This document shows positions 1-16,337 of a stretch of 64,000 bases of DNA, in pieces. Positions within the stretch are counted from its first letter, which is position 1. Every line of letters starts with the position of its first letter. The stretch comes from the human T2T-CHM13v2.0 reference genome, Homo sapiens. A program made the translations under genes and the position numbers. The notes under the pieces are model-generated. The model saw nothing but the letters and a program-made list of their open reading frames with translations, searched no databases and was not told where the DNA came from. The DNA is taken from the NCBI RefSeq assembly GCF_009914755.1, contig NC_060925.1; one strand, given 5' to 3'.

Positions 1-45
1 AGAATGAGACGGAGAGAGAAGAGAAGCTGGTCATCATAATGCGGG
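1..45 (-). promoter_or_regulatory. Probable polypyrimidine tract and branch region for the next EIF4G3 exon, just outside the window
   Basis: Minus strand reads ...TGATGACCAGCTTCTCTTCTCTCTCCGTCTCATTCT at the window edge; the AG itself is not visible. Confidence 0.55.
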
Positions 46-610
46 TACCAGAAAAACACAAGGAACAATAATTAACAATAATTTCCACATTTTTATTAAT
101 AAATTCCAGGTAAATTGATATGTGATTCATCCCTGAGTGGAGGAAACCAAAGGAGATTTAGACTGGCTTCCAGCCTTGTGCTTCCTTAGCACAATAAACA
201 GGCTCCATGGAAAAACATATACTCATGAGTATGTTTATCAAATGACAACAAAAGATTCAAGCACTATTAAAAGACAACCTAAACTGAGACTACTTTCTCC
301 AACAGAATTTTTTATACATCAATGAAAGTGAGTCTTTACAATAAATTGTAATTATGTGAAAGCAAATATGCAGTTTATCAGATAAATAGGTATTAAATAT
401 TACCATTAAGATATTATTAATTCATTCACTGTAATGACACTTATTAGCCTTAAAATATACTTTTATTTATAGGCACAGAAGCTGGTGCTTCTAAAATTGG
501 ACTTTTCTTAGTTACTGCAGTGATGAAATAGAATCAATAGGCTCTCATTGCCAAATCCCTCAGACTAAGTTGACAGGGCAACAGACAAAAATATTTCAGG
601 AAAACTTGTC

Positions 611-614
<4 letters not shown>

Positions 615-680
<66 letters not shown>
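615..680. repeat. (GT)33 perfect microsatellite
   Basis: Direct reading. Confidence 0.97.
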
Positions 681-684
<4 letters not shown>

Positions 685-871
685 TCGTTCTAGATGGAAC
701 ACACCATATATAACAAATATGTATTTATCAAAATATCTTTGATGAAAATAATTTCCAGCTCACTGGAGTAAATAAGTCACCCAGATTACATAATACCACT
801 GTGAAAGCTTATCAGACTAACACCCTTTATGACCACTGACTGAAACCTAGATGCAGTAAATTTAAAAATAG

Positions 872-1249
<378 letters not shown>

Positions 1250-1389
1250 TTAAATATCTAATAAGAGTATGTCAATTCAATTATTAATGTTGGGAAACAA
1301 TTTCTGATAGTAAAAAATCAAACAAAAGTAGACCTATGATTGATAAACTTCTATACACACTTCAGAAAAATCTAGTATTGAAAAACTTA

Positions 1390-1674
1390 GGCCAGGCATG
1401 GTGAGCTCATGCCTGTAAATCCCAGCACTTTGGGAGGCCAAGGGGGAGGATCACTTGAGCCCAGGAGGTCTCAAACTACAAGACCTCATTTCTACAAGCT
1501 GGGCATGGTGGTGTGCATTCGTGGTCCCAGGTACTCAGGAGGCCAAGGTGAGAGGACCACCTGAGCCCTGGAGGTTGAGGCTGCAGGGAGCTGTCATCGC
1601 ACCACTGTACTTCAGCCTGGGTGATACAGTGGAGTGAGACTCTATCTCAAACAAAACAAAACAAAACAAAACAA
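1390..1674 (+). mobile_element. AluJ with internal deletion and (AAAAC)n tail
   Basis: Alu consensus similarity. Confidence 0.88.
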
Positions 1675-2099
1675 ATTGTGAGTTCTTCATTCTAAAATAA
1701 AAGTCCTTTAACCCACTAATTAAAGCTTTAATACAGAAAGCTGAAAATGCAGAAAGCTAAAAACACAGTAGAGCTAAATTAAAAAAAAAAACACTTATTT
1801 TATCCCTCTAAAGACTTCTATTATAAAAAGTTTGGCCATCTTTAGGAATTTGCAGGAATTCCAGCTTTAAGAATTTTTCTAATAATCATGAAAGGGTTAG
1901 CAAAGATAGATGTCTAGAATATTTAAGGCAACACTATTTATAATACAAGAAAAAAGGAGAAAAAAGGAAATCAACTAAATGTTCAACAATAGAGATTTAT
2001 TAAAGAAATGATAATCTGGGCATATAATGGCATACTATGCAATATTTAAAATATGTTTTTAAAAGAGTATTTAATGATATGGAAAGTTGTTTGTAATAA

Positions 2100-2422
<323 letters not shown>

Positions 2423-3706
2423 AAGAATTTGTTTGTTTGTTTGTTTGTTTTTAGTGGGGCACAAAACTCTATGTAGAACCCAATTTGGTAACTTAAAAAA
2501 ATGCTTAGTACTAACATATGTGCATAGGGGAAAGTCAGCTTATTAATAATGGCTCTGAGTAATCAGACACATACTTTTTCATTTTGCTTAGCTGTAGTTT
2601 CCATAAAGAGTGCCAAATTTATAAGAAGAATAAAATTGCTCCCTTTTATTCTCATATGGTGGTGGAATCAATGACCAAGACTGGGTTGTCTTTTGGTTGT
2701 CACAAGTCTCTCAATGACTGAGAAGATGCTATTGTCATTTAATAAGCAGAGAGAGGAATGCTGAGCATCCTGCAATTTGAGGTACAGTCTCACTTGACAA
2801 AGAATAGGTCCTAAATGCCAGCAGAGTCCCAAATGAACAACACTGCTATGAATGGTTGAATTACAAACAGAATACCATTCACTGAACACACTAGGTGCTT
2901 TCAACAGGCACTAAGATTAAGACTAAGGCACCAACTAACTCCTTTAATTATCCATACCATATCCTCAGTACAATGGATTTAATGTTCTTTCTCACTCAGT
3001 AAATAGCAATCATTTCAGCTGTGTACTATCAATACCAAGCAAAAATTTTAATTCATTCAACAGTTGTTCTCTCTACAAACCAATGTGAAGTATTCCCTAT
3101 GTCTTCATAAGGTGCCAAACAAATGTAAAATGGTAGATTTGTCTGGAACCTTGGCCTTCATGTAAATATTCTAGCTCTTCATGTCAAAAACTCTGAGAAA
3201 CCGGAAGCTTAATAATGGCAGCTAACATTTGTTAAGCACTTATTATGTGCCAGGAACTGGGTCAAATACCATACATACATTGTCCCTTTTAATTCTCACA
3301 ACCACGATTGTTGGGGTAGAAATTATTTGCCTATTTTACATATGAGGAAACTGAGGGTTTTAGAGATCAGTCACAGGCCCAAAGTCATATAAGTAGCAAG
3401 TGCTCAAGTCTGAGAATGATTTCAAATCCCACATTCTTCCAACTTTTTGGAGGAAAGGGGAGGCTTATGGAAACAGAAGTACTTAAGTCAATCAAGCAGG
3501 AGGGAGACTTTAGAGTTAACATGAGATTGTGTAACTGAGTACAAACTCTCAGTAAAGACATTTCTATTGAGAAAGAAAAAAACAATCTGCAAAATGTAGA
3601 GACTGTTGTTTCTGGGAGTAATATAACAATCTTTGAGAAAAGTCAGTTTTTATATGCTAATTTCAAAAGGAATCTACAGTGAAGAAGGAAATTTTTAAAA
3701 ACTCCT

Positions 3707-4008
3707 TGGCTGGCTGAGGTAGCTCCCGTAATCCCAGCACCTTGGCAGGCCGTAGCAGGCAGGTCGCTTGAGCTCAGGAGTTTGAGACCAGCCTACACAA
3801 CATGGCAAAACCTCGCCTCTAGAAATACAAAAATTAGCTGGTCATGGTGGTTCATGCCTGTAGCTCCAGCTACTCAGGAGGCTGAAGTGAGAGGACTGCT
3901 TGAGCCTGGGAGGTGGAGGCTGCAGTGAGCCATGATCGTGTCACTGCACTCCATCCTGGGTGATAGAACGAAACCCTGTCTCAAAATAGAAGAAAAAAGA
4001 AAAAAAAA
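3707..4008 (+). mobile_element. AluJ
   Basis: Alu dimer with A-tail. Confidence 0.9.
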
Positions 4009-4169
4009 TCCTCAGTGTAAAGAAAAAAAACCATTTTCTCTGAAAAAAATAGTGAGCCCTTTCTAACATTACATAAATTTGGTTAAAAAAAAAAAACTCT
4101 GAAAACAGTAATATTTTAGCTATCGGCAGGCTATGGAAGAAATTAGAAATGTTACTGTTTGACTAGCCA

Positions 4170-4290
4170 AGAAAGAAAAAAGAGAGAGAGAGAGATGAAA
4201 GAAAGAACGAGAGAGCAAGAGAAAGAAAGAAAGAAAGAGAAAGGGAGAGAGAAAGGGAGTAAGGGAGAAACAGAGAAACAAAGAAAGAGA
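4170..4290. repeat. GA-rich low-complexity tract
   Basis: Direct reading. Confidence 0.85.
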
Positions 4291-5364
4291 GTTAGTTTTC
4301 TGGTGAATAGTTGGTACTAAAAGGAAGATAACAGTAATTCCAGAGCATTAGTTATAACCTCTGAAATGCACTTAAAATACTACAAGTTTTTCTTTTCATC
4401 AAGGTAACCTGAATACTTTCCAATTAAGCCTATATTATACACCAGTTAGATATGTTGATGTTGTTATTCAAATTTCCACTAAGCAAAACAAAAACAAAAA
4501 CCTGAGAGGAAATCAAGTCTGCATTCCTTGTCTGGAAATCTGGGCCTAAATATGACAAAATGCAGGGATCTCATAATCTAAAAATTTTAACATTATTTTT
4601 CACAAAATAATGGCAAACGCAATAATACTGTCTTCAGGAAGGACAGAACTATCATCATCAAAGTATGTGATAAATTTTTTAAAAATCCTGGCACAGCTAC
4701 AGAGAAAGTCTGCACAGAAGATATATTTTAAGGCCTCTTTGCATGGGAAGTATTCAATATGCTTAGCATAATTCTAACCAGCAAAAAGATTACACATTTG
4801 CGAAAGTGCAATGAAGTTTTGAAGGGAAATACTCTGAGAATTATTCTCCACTAAGATTAAAAACATTCCGAATTTTGACTCAAAACGACTTTATCATTGA
4901 AGGTAGCAAGTCGACTTCCACATTTGGTCTACAGTCTGTAATTTCGCAAGGTAAATGGCTTTACTATTTAAAGAATTCGCTTGAAGCATGCAGGAGTTCT
5001 CCTTTAACTCAAAATGTTGCTGAAAGAAGTTCTTGACAGTGCAGTTTTTTGAAGCATGCCACATTAGGGATCACTAACTATCTTTTGGTTTAAAACTATC
5101 TTATATAACAAATACAGTATAGGACCTGTCTGTTCAAGAGTATCAGGCTTCTCAATACTCAGGGGGAAAATGAAATTTCTATACTAAAAACACATATCAT
5201 AATCTTTGTTTGATGTAAAAATCAATGAAATCATGTATTAGAAGTACATCTTTCAGAAAGTTTATAAATGTGATTGACTAACTTGCAGTCTACCCAAAAA
5301 CCTTTAATATTAAATATATCTATTTTATGGGCCATTCCTAAATATTTTTTAAAGGATAATTTTT

Positions 5365-5633
5365 AGTCCGGGCATGGTGCCTCAGGCCTGCAATCCCAGC
5401 ACTTTGGGAGGCTGAGGCAGGCAGATCATTTGAGGTCAGGAATTTGAGAGCAGCCTGGCCAACATGGTGAAACCCCGTCTATACTAAAAATACAAAAATT
5501 AGCTGGGCATGGTGGTGCATGCCTGTAATCCCAGCTACTCGGGCGGCTGAGGCAGGAGAATAGCTTGAGCCCAGGAGGAGGAGGTTGCAGTGAGTCAAGA
5601 CTCTGTCTCAAAAAAAAAAAAAAAAAAAAAAGA
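5365..5633 (+). mobile_element. AluS with a right-arm deletion
   Basis: Alu consensus; TSD AA.GATAATTTTTAG-like. Confidence 0.9.
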
Positions 5634-6642
5634 ATAATTTTTAGAAAATCTATATACTAACTATAGAGCTATAGAATAAACAAATAGTTTGGAGGAATAA
5701 ATAATTCAAGAAAGTAAGAAGGTACATGGCTTCCATATTGATATCCAATCATTTTTAGAAATCTGAAACATAAAGCAGGGTCAAAGTTACTTGCTTCCCC
5801 GAACTATGTTTAGAATTCTCTCTCAATTTTAGCAAAGGTCAAGTTAAAATACAACTAGGCAGGAAAGAAAGACTATGATATCCCACTTTCTGGTATTAGA
5901 TTTCCTTTAAGTTTTCTATTATATTCCCAAAGGCACAGTATTTATTTCAACAAACATTTGGCACCTTCATGTTCAAGTTCAATAGGAGCAGAGACCTTAG
6001 TGTACTATTCCTTAATACAGCATTAATGACTATAATTTACTAAGCACTTTTCCTGTGATAGGCATGTTCCCACAGTAATCCTGTCAAGCACATAGGTCTT
6101 TATTCCATTCTATCAGTGAAGAAACTGAGACACACAAGGTCAGTGGCTCAATCAAGACCAAATAACTAGTGCATGATGGAGCCGGGATTGGAACTTGGCT
6201 CCATCTCCAAATGTGGCTATAGAAGCCCAAACTTGTAAGAAGAAATGTTTTATCTTTTTTTCTTTTTTAAAATAGCAAGATACCTAGGGACATGCTGAAT
6301 ATATAAGCTAAACTGTATTGTTCTTGTAAAGTAATATATGCTAGGATTTCTCCCTCCACTTCCCACCTTGTTTTAAAGGGCAGTTTAAGGCAGCTAACCT
6401 TTAAACTGTATACAGATACTAACAGTGAGAGATTAAACAAATGTATGAAATAATTTTACCAATCATCCCTACTTTAGTTTCCTAGAGGCAGAATACTTTA
6501 ATTTTCTGCCTCAAAGCTTTGTTTAAAGGTGGGTGTCTAAATAATCCTTGGATGCTGTACTCTTACTCTTGAATGCTGACGGCAATGTAATTAATAAAAA
6601 AGAGACTAAAGATAAGAGGGAGGAAAACAGTCATACACAAAC

Positions 6643-6751
6643 CTTGCTTCTGGTCGCTAGCTGCAGTGACAGGGGTGCTGGCAGCAAGATGAGCGCTCTC
6701 CACAGTCCCATAAACCACAGGGCTGTGCTCGGGGACCTGGCTGGGCAGCTG
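6643..6751 (-). CDS. EIF4G3: EIF4G3 exon, 109 nt, QLPSQVPEHSPVVYGTVESAHLAASTPVTAASDQKQ(E); NAGNAG acceptor
   Basis: CCCAG|CAG|CTG tandem acceptor, CAAG|GTTTGT donor; peptide visible in ORF 6563..6769(-). Confidence 0.96.
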
Positions 6752-8793
6752 CTGGGATTTGAAGTACAAAAAAGGGTGATAATGAGCGTGCGAACATAAA
6801 AACTAGCAACATGGAACCCAAGCAAGTAGGGAAGACAGTAGAGCACAGGAGATCACAAAATTAAAAAAGGAAAGCAAGGAAAAAATATATAGTCCAATTT
6901 AATAAATTCAAAAGTACATGGGAAGTCAGGGAAGATAAAGAAAGAGGCAGCAGAAAAAGAGGAAGGAAAAGAAATGATTACTATTAACCACAGCAAGAGA
7001 AGACAGCACAACAATCATTAGCACAATTTATTCCCCAGTGTTCCTTCTAAGGACAAGCCGACTTGTCAACCTAACAATAGACGACACATCTGAGAAGGAA
7101 TTTAACACCCTCCCAAAGACCAAGAAGGATTTGGTCAACTTCATGTATAAATTACCTAGCAAAGCAGGACAAACAGAAAATGTAATGAGGCTGAAAAGCG
7201 GTTACAGATTCAAGAAAACAATATTGAAAAATGATTCCTGCTACTTATCCATGTAATCATACAGGTGAAATGCAACTTTGAAAGTATGTAATAAAGCAAT
7301 TTTACCATAAAATGTCTACAGGTTCTGGGTCAAATATGGTATTTTCAGAATCAGAAATCTTGACTAAAATATTGGGTTTTTCAGAGATATAAGGAAACTC
7401 ATTTTCACTCAGGCATTGTATTAGAATGAAAAATGGCCATCAAAATCCAAGCAGGATAGGTTGAGAAAAATCACAGCTATTGCTCAACTTAGAGGGAACA
7501 GAATTACACAAGAGAGGACATGAACATTCATTCTACATCACATTCTAGGCAGGTATTCATTCAGGATTTGAGGTTACACAAGCCACGAAACAAAGCAGTG
7601 TCTCTCCTCGGAGATCTAAGGTCAATTTTTTTGGTATCTATAATATCCTACAACGAATTCTATCAGTGCTATCAGAGTAGAGCTCCCTGCACAATTCTAT
7701 TTTTCTTTTTACTTTTTTTTTTTCTGGGGAGTAGGGATGGGGAGATTAAGATGTGGGTGAGTGTGGGCAAACAGAGACACTTAAAAAGTGAGAGTTGATA
7801 AAAAATATTTTCAAGTCAGTAAGTGTCACTTAAAATGGGAATATAAAATGAAATGGACACATACAATTTAGGATGATAGATATCATTTAAGTAACTATGC
7901 TTTTCAGAATGTACAACATGAAATTTATATTTGACTATATAAGGCTTATATAGAATAATAGACAGAAATAGGGAAAATGCTATCATTTCACCTATTCATT
8001 AGACCAAGAAAATGTTCATATTCCACAATTCTAAATGAAGACTACTAAAATTATATTTCTATATAAAAAAATGGAGAGTTACTGTTTTCACGGGGACAAA
8101 TAAAGAAAATAGCACTGCTGTAATTACTCTGAATCCTTAGTTTCAGTGGGAAAAAAATGCCTTACTGAAATTCAATAGAAAGGTTCACAGCTAAAACTAA
8201 AAATACCGATTTTTCAGTTCTATAGGCTGAAAAGAGATCTGGAACAAAGGAAACACTCCATGTTATTTAGCATTCATTAAGCAGTTATCCACATTTCCCA
8301 GGAAAAAAAGATTTGTAAATTGTATCATTTACCTAAAAGGAAAAAAATATTAACTACTCCAATTGCCTGGGAAATTAATAACCAAATAAAAAGGGGGGGG
8401 CAGGGTAAGTGCTAAAAGTAGGTCACAAAAATGACATTCAAAGAAAAAGTAAGATGTTTAAGACAGTAAAAGGCTACTAGAGTCAATGATTTTTCCATCT
8501 AAAATACCTTCAATCATATAAAAGATGGACATTTTAAAATAACAAAGTCCTAGAAAGAATCTATGTATAAAGAGTCGTAAGAAAGGAGTGAGATAATATG
8601 TTTGTTAAGTTACAATTTGAAATCCAAGTATCCAGTACATAGGTATATAGCCACAAATGCTGGGAAAGTACTTCTCAGGTCTCACAGCTATGAAATGTAG
8701 AACTAAAGATCCTACAGTCTCCTTCAACTTTATCATTTTATAAGCCTCCAACAGTACTAATAAAATCATAACGTATTAACATATAATTCAACA

Positions 8794-9093
8794 CTTTTTT
8801 TTTTTTTTTTTTGAGACGGAGTCTTGCTCTGTCACCAGGCAGGAGTGCAGTGGCACAACCTTGGCTTACTGAAACCTCTGCCTCCCAGGTTCAAGTGATT
8901 CCCCTGCCTCAGCCTCCTGAGTAGCTGGGGCTACAGGTGTGCGCCACCACACCCAAACTAATTTTTTGTATTTTAGTAGAGACAGGGTTTCACCATGTTA
9001 GCCAGGGTGGTCTTGATCTCCTGACCTTGTGATCCGCCTACCTTGACATCCCAAAGTGCTGGGATTACAGACGTAAGCCACTGCGCCCCGCCA
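8794..9093 (-). mobile_element. AluS
   Basis: Reverse Alu; TSD AATTCAA(C/T)ACTTT. Confidence 0.92.
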
Positions 9094-9205
9094 GAATTCA
9101 ATACTTTAGTCTTGTTCAGAATTAGTTTTAATTTAGGATAATCTTGTCAAATTGTAGTTTAACCTCCAATTTCATCTCTTCTCTCCTAAAGAAGTAACTC
9201 AACCA

Positions 9206-9526
<321 letters not shown>

Positions 9527-10356
9527 CTATAACAAAGGAGTTCCTTATCTTCCCAAAGAAAAAATAATGATGAACTATTTTACTAATCAATAAGTCAGAA
9601 AAATCAGGAAACATACCAAGTACTGTGACACAAAACATCACATCCAATGCTGTATGCATTTTGATACATATGAAGAAATTAAGCTAGACAGTTAAGAATA
9701 TATTTAAGGAATTTCAAAGCCACTGCATTTTAGTCACTTTCACTATTGGTGGGAATGAAAACTTATAAAATCATTCTGGAAAGGCAATCACTACCAAAAT
9801 ATAAAATAACTCAATAAAGATGCTAAGGAAGTCAGAGTTAAAAGGTCAGGGTCATTTAGCAAGTCTTCGCACACTGTTGCAACAGCTCATCAATTATGTA
9901 AATGGTAAACTCCCCTGTCAAATTTTTCAAAATCAAGGTTCTGATTGGTACAAGGAAAAAAAATAAAGTGTTTCTCACTTATAAACTAGAGTGAAAAGAG
10001 TTTAAGGGAGGGCAAGATATTAGATTCCTGATAGTGTTTGAGAAAAATTCTTTATAAATTCTCCTTTAGAACCTACTCAAAGATTTATATACTAAATTTA
10101 AAGTATTGACCTCAAGAGATCATGGTAAGCTTAGGCCCACATACTGGAGGAATTCATTTTTTAAAAACATAATGTTTACCTATTAAGTAAACAGGCAACA
10201 GAATCTAAATTTGTTCTTTAATACTTCTTTGCACAATTCAAAATTCATTTTTCTTTACATAGGCACATTGTTTTGCACAAAAAAGGGGTCACCTTCTTTT
10301 GTCTTCTATTTTAATCACATAAATGACAGAATACTTAAGTACAGAGGTGGTTATAG

Positions 10357-10686
10357 ACAAGGGTCAACAACTACAATCCTGGGGCCATATACCTGATTTT
10401 GTACTGCCCACAAGGTAAGTTTCTACAATTTCAAATGTTGGCGGGGTGGTGGGGAAAACAAGAGACAAACAGTATTTCTTGACACATGAAAATTATATAA
10501 AATTCAAATTTTGGTGCCCATAAATAACATGTTATTGGAAGAGACACACCCATCTATCTACATATTTTCTATAACTGCTTTTGTGCCACAATGGCAGAAT
10601 CGAAGAGTGCTAAAAGAGACAATATGGCTGCAAAGTCTAAAATATTTACTATCTGGCCCACTAGAGAAAATATTTGCTGACCTGTA
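10357..10686. mobile_element. MER58-type hAT MITE
   Basis: CA.GGGTCA.CAA...AAAATATTTACTATCTGGCCC...TTTGCTGACCTG termini. Confidence 0.7.
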
Positions 10687-10893
10687 TTGTAATTCATTTA
10701 GAGAAAGCCAGAGACTTCAAATAGTTACATAAATATAAGCAAAGAGTTGATTTACTGTCATCATAAGAATCCCATTCAATGACTTTAAAATAATCCTGTA
10801 TAAATACCTCATGTATTTAACATATATAAAATCTGTGGATAAACAAGTATAGCCTCCACTGAGAAACACTATGAAGGCTAAGAAGCAAAACAA

Positions 10894-11236
<343 letters not shown>

Positions 11237-11339
11237 CTACCAAAACATGCTTCTTTCTTACGTAGGAATTTCTCCCATTCTCTCATTAGAACGGTGTGTG
11301 TCAATATGTGTGTATTTCCTCCTGATGTTTAACTTGTAC

Positions 11340-13260
<1,921 letters not shown>

Positions 13261-13311
13261 AAAAAAAAAAAAAAAAACAAGGAGAGCACATCAAACACCT
13301 GTTGAAATATT

Positions 13312-13543
13312 TTATTTTATTCAATTTTTTGAGACAGGGTCTCGCTCTGCCACTCAGGCTGAAGTGCAGTAGCATGACCACAGCTCACTGTAGCCTCAAA
13401 CTCCCAGGCTCAAGCAATCCTCCTGCCTCAGAGACAGGGTATCGATATGTTGCCAGGGCTGGTGAACTCCTGGGCTCAAGCAATCCCCCCAGCTTGGCCT
13501 CCCAAAGTACTGGGATTACAGGCATGAGCCACCGCGCCTAGCC
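13312..13543 (-). mobile_element. AluJ with internal deletion
   Basis: Reverse Alu lacking the central linker; TSD TGAAATA.TTT. Confidence 0.85.
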
Positions 13544-13871
13544 CTGAAATAGTTTATAACGAAGGGGTCACAAACTCAAATCCCTTCAGAAACCTTAATA
13601 TGTGATGCAAAAGGGAGTAAATAATAACAGAACAACTTAACAAACTAGAGGGTGTATGCTTGGGCTAACAGCATTCAGATTGATGAAATATTGTTTTTTC
13701 TTTAAACACTGACCTGACAAGACAATACACATCTGCAATAGAGAACATCCTTGAAAGCAATGAAAGGTTGCCAAGGTCAGAAATGATGAGAGGAAACCCG
13801 GACACTCAAAATAAAAGCTTGAAGGCAGACTTAAGAGGGCTTAAGAAAATGATTTTTAAAGTTCTTGGGGG

Positions 13872-16295
13872 CAAAAGGAACCCTCAAAACTACACAGATA
13901 CATGGAAATTAAATAATCTGTTTCTACATGGTATCTGGGTTAATAATGAAATCAAGATGGAAAAATTATCTGAATCAAATGATAATAATGATACAAGTTA
14001 TCAAAACCTCTGGAGTACAGCAAAAGAAGTGCCAAGAGCAAAGTTTACAGCACTAAATGTCTACATCAAAAAGTCTGAAAGAGTGCAAACTGACAACCTA
14101 ATGTCATACCTCAAGGAATTAGAAAAACAAGCACAAGCACAAACTAAACAAGACTCTGTCTCAAAAAAAAAAAAAAAGAAATAACAGAAATTGCAGCAAA
14201 ACTAAATGAAATTCAAACAAACAAACAAAAAAAGCATTACAAAAGATCAATGAAACAAAACATTGGTTCTTTGAAAAAATAGATAGACTATTCACTAGAA
14301 TAACCAAGAAAAGAGAGAAGATCCAAATAAGCTCAATTAGAAATGAAACTGGAGACATTACAACAAACACCAGAGAAATAAAAAACATCACTCGAGACTA
14401 CTATGAACAACTTTATGCATACAAACTATAAAACCTAAAGGAAATGGATAAATTCCTGGAACATACCACCCTCCTACATTAAATCAGAGGAAAGACAAAC
14501 CCTGAACAGACCAATGACAAGCAGCAAGATTGAATCAGTAATTTTAAAATTTCCAACACACAAAAAAAGCCTGGACCAGATGGATTCATGGCTAAATTCT
14601 ACCAGACATTCAAAGAAGAACTGGTACCAATCCTACTGAAACTATTCCAAGTGACTGGGAAAGAGAGAATCCTCCCTAAATCATTCTATGAAGCCAGTAT
14701 CACCCTGATACCTAAACCAGGAAAGAACACACAAAAAAAGAAAACTACAGACCAATTTCCATGATGAACACAGATATAAAAACTGTCAACAAAATACTAG
14801 CTAACCAAATGCAACAGCACATCAAAAAGATAATTTATCATGATCAAGTGGGTTTTATTTCAAGGATGCAGAGATGGTTTAACATATGTAAGTCAATAAA
14901 TGTGATACATCACATAAAAAGAATTATAAACAAAAACCATATGACCATCTCAATAGACGCTGAAAAAGCATTCAACAAAATCCAGCATCCCTTTATGATA
15001 AAATCCTCAACCAAGTAGGCAAAAAAGGGACTTACCTCAAAATAGTAAAATCCATATATGACAAAACCACAGCCAATATCATACTGAATGGGAAAAAGTT
15101 GAAAGCATTCTCCCTGACAACAGGAACAAGACAAGGATGCCTACATTTCACCACCTCTATTCAACATAGTTTTGGAAGTCCTAGCTAGAGCAATTAGGTA
15201 AGAGAAAGAAATAAAGGGCATCCAAATTGGAAAAGAGGAAGTCAAACTATCACTGTTTGCAGATGATATAACTGTATACCTAGAAAACCCTAGAGACTCC
15301 TCCAAAAGACTCCTAGATTTGATAAATGAGTTCAGTAAAGCCTCAGGTTACAAAATAAATGTACACAAATCAGTAGCACTGCTATACACCAACAACGACC
15401 AAGCTGAGAATTAAATCAAGAATTCAATACCTTTTACCACAGCTGCAAAAATAAAATGAAATACCTAGGAATATACTTAACTAAGGAGGTGAAAATCTCT
15501 ACAAGGAGAAATACAAAACGCTGCTGAAAGAAATCACAGATGACACAAACAAATGGAAATGCATCCCATAATCATAGACTGGAAGAATCAATGTTGTGAA
15601 AATGGCCATACTACTAAAAGCAATCTACAGATTCAATGTAATTCTCATCAAAATACCAACGTTTCACAGAATCAGAAAAAAAAATCCTAAAATTCATATG
15701 GAACCAAAAAAGGGCCCAAGTAGCCAAAGCAATCCTAGGCAAAAAGGAGAAATCTGGGGGCATCACAATTACTTCAAATCATACAAGGTTATAGTTAACA
15801 AAACAGCGTAGTACTGGTATAAAAGTAGGCAAATAACTAATGGAACAGAATACAGAACCCAGAAGTAAAGCCAAGAAAGTACAGCCAACTGATCTTCAAC
15901 AAAGCATATAAAAACATAAATTGAGGAATAGACACCCTATTTAACAAATGGTGCTGGCAAAACTGGCAAACCTCATGTAAAAGAATGAAACGATCCCTAT
16001 TTCTCACCTTGTACAAAAGTCAACTCAAGATAGATCAAAGACTTAAATATAAGACCTGAAACTGTAAAAATTCTAGAAGATAACATTGGAAAAAACTCTT
16101 CTAGACATCAGCCCAGGCAAATAATTCATGAGTAAGACCCCAAAGCAAATGCAACAAAAACGCAAATAAATAGAACCTAATTAAACTAAAAACCTTTTGC
16201 ACAGCAAAAGAAACAATAGAGTAAAAAGACAACCCATAGAGATGCAAACTACACATCTGATGAAGGAAATCTACAAGGAACTCAAACAAATCAGC

Positions 16296-16337
<42 letters not shown>

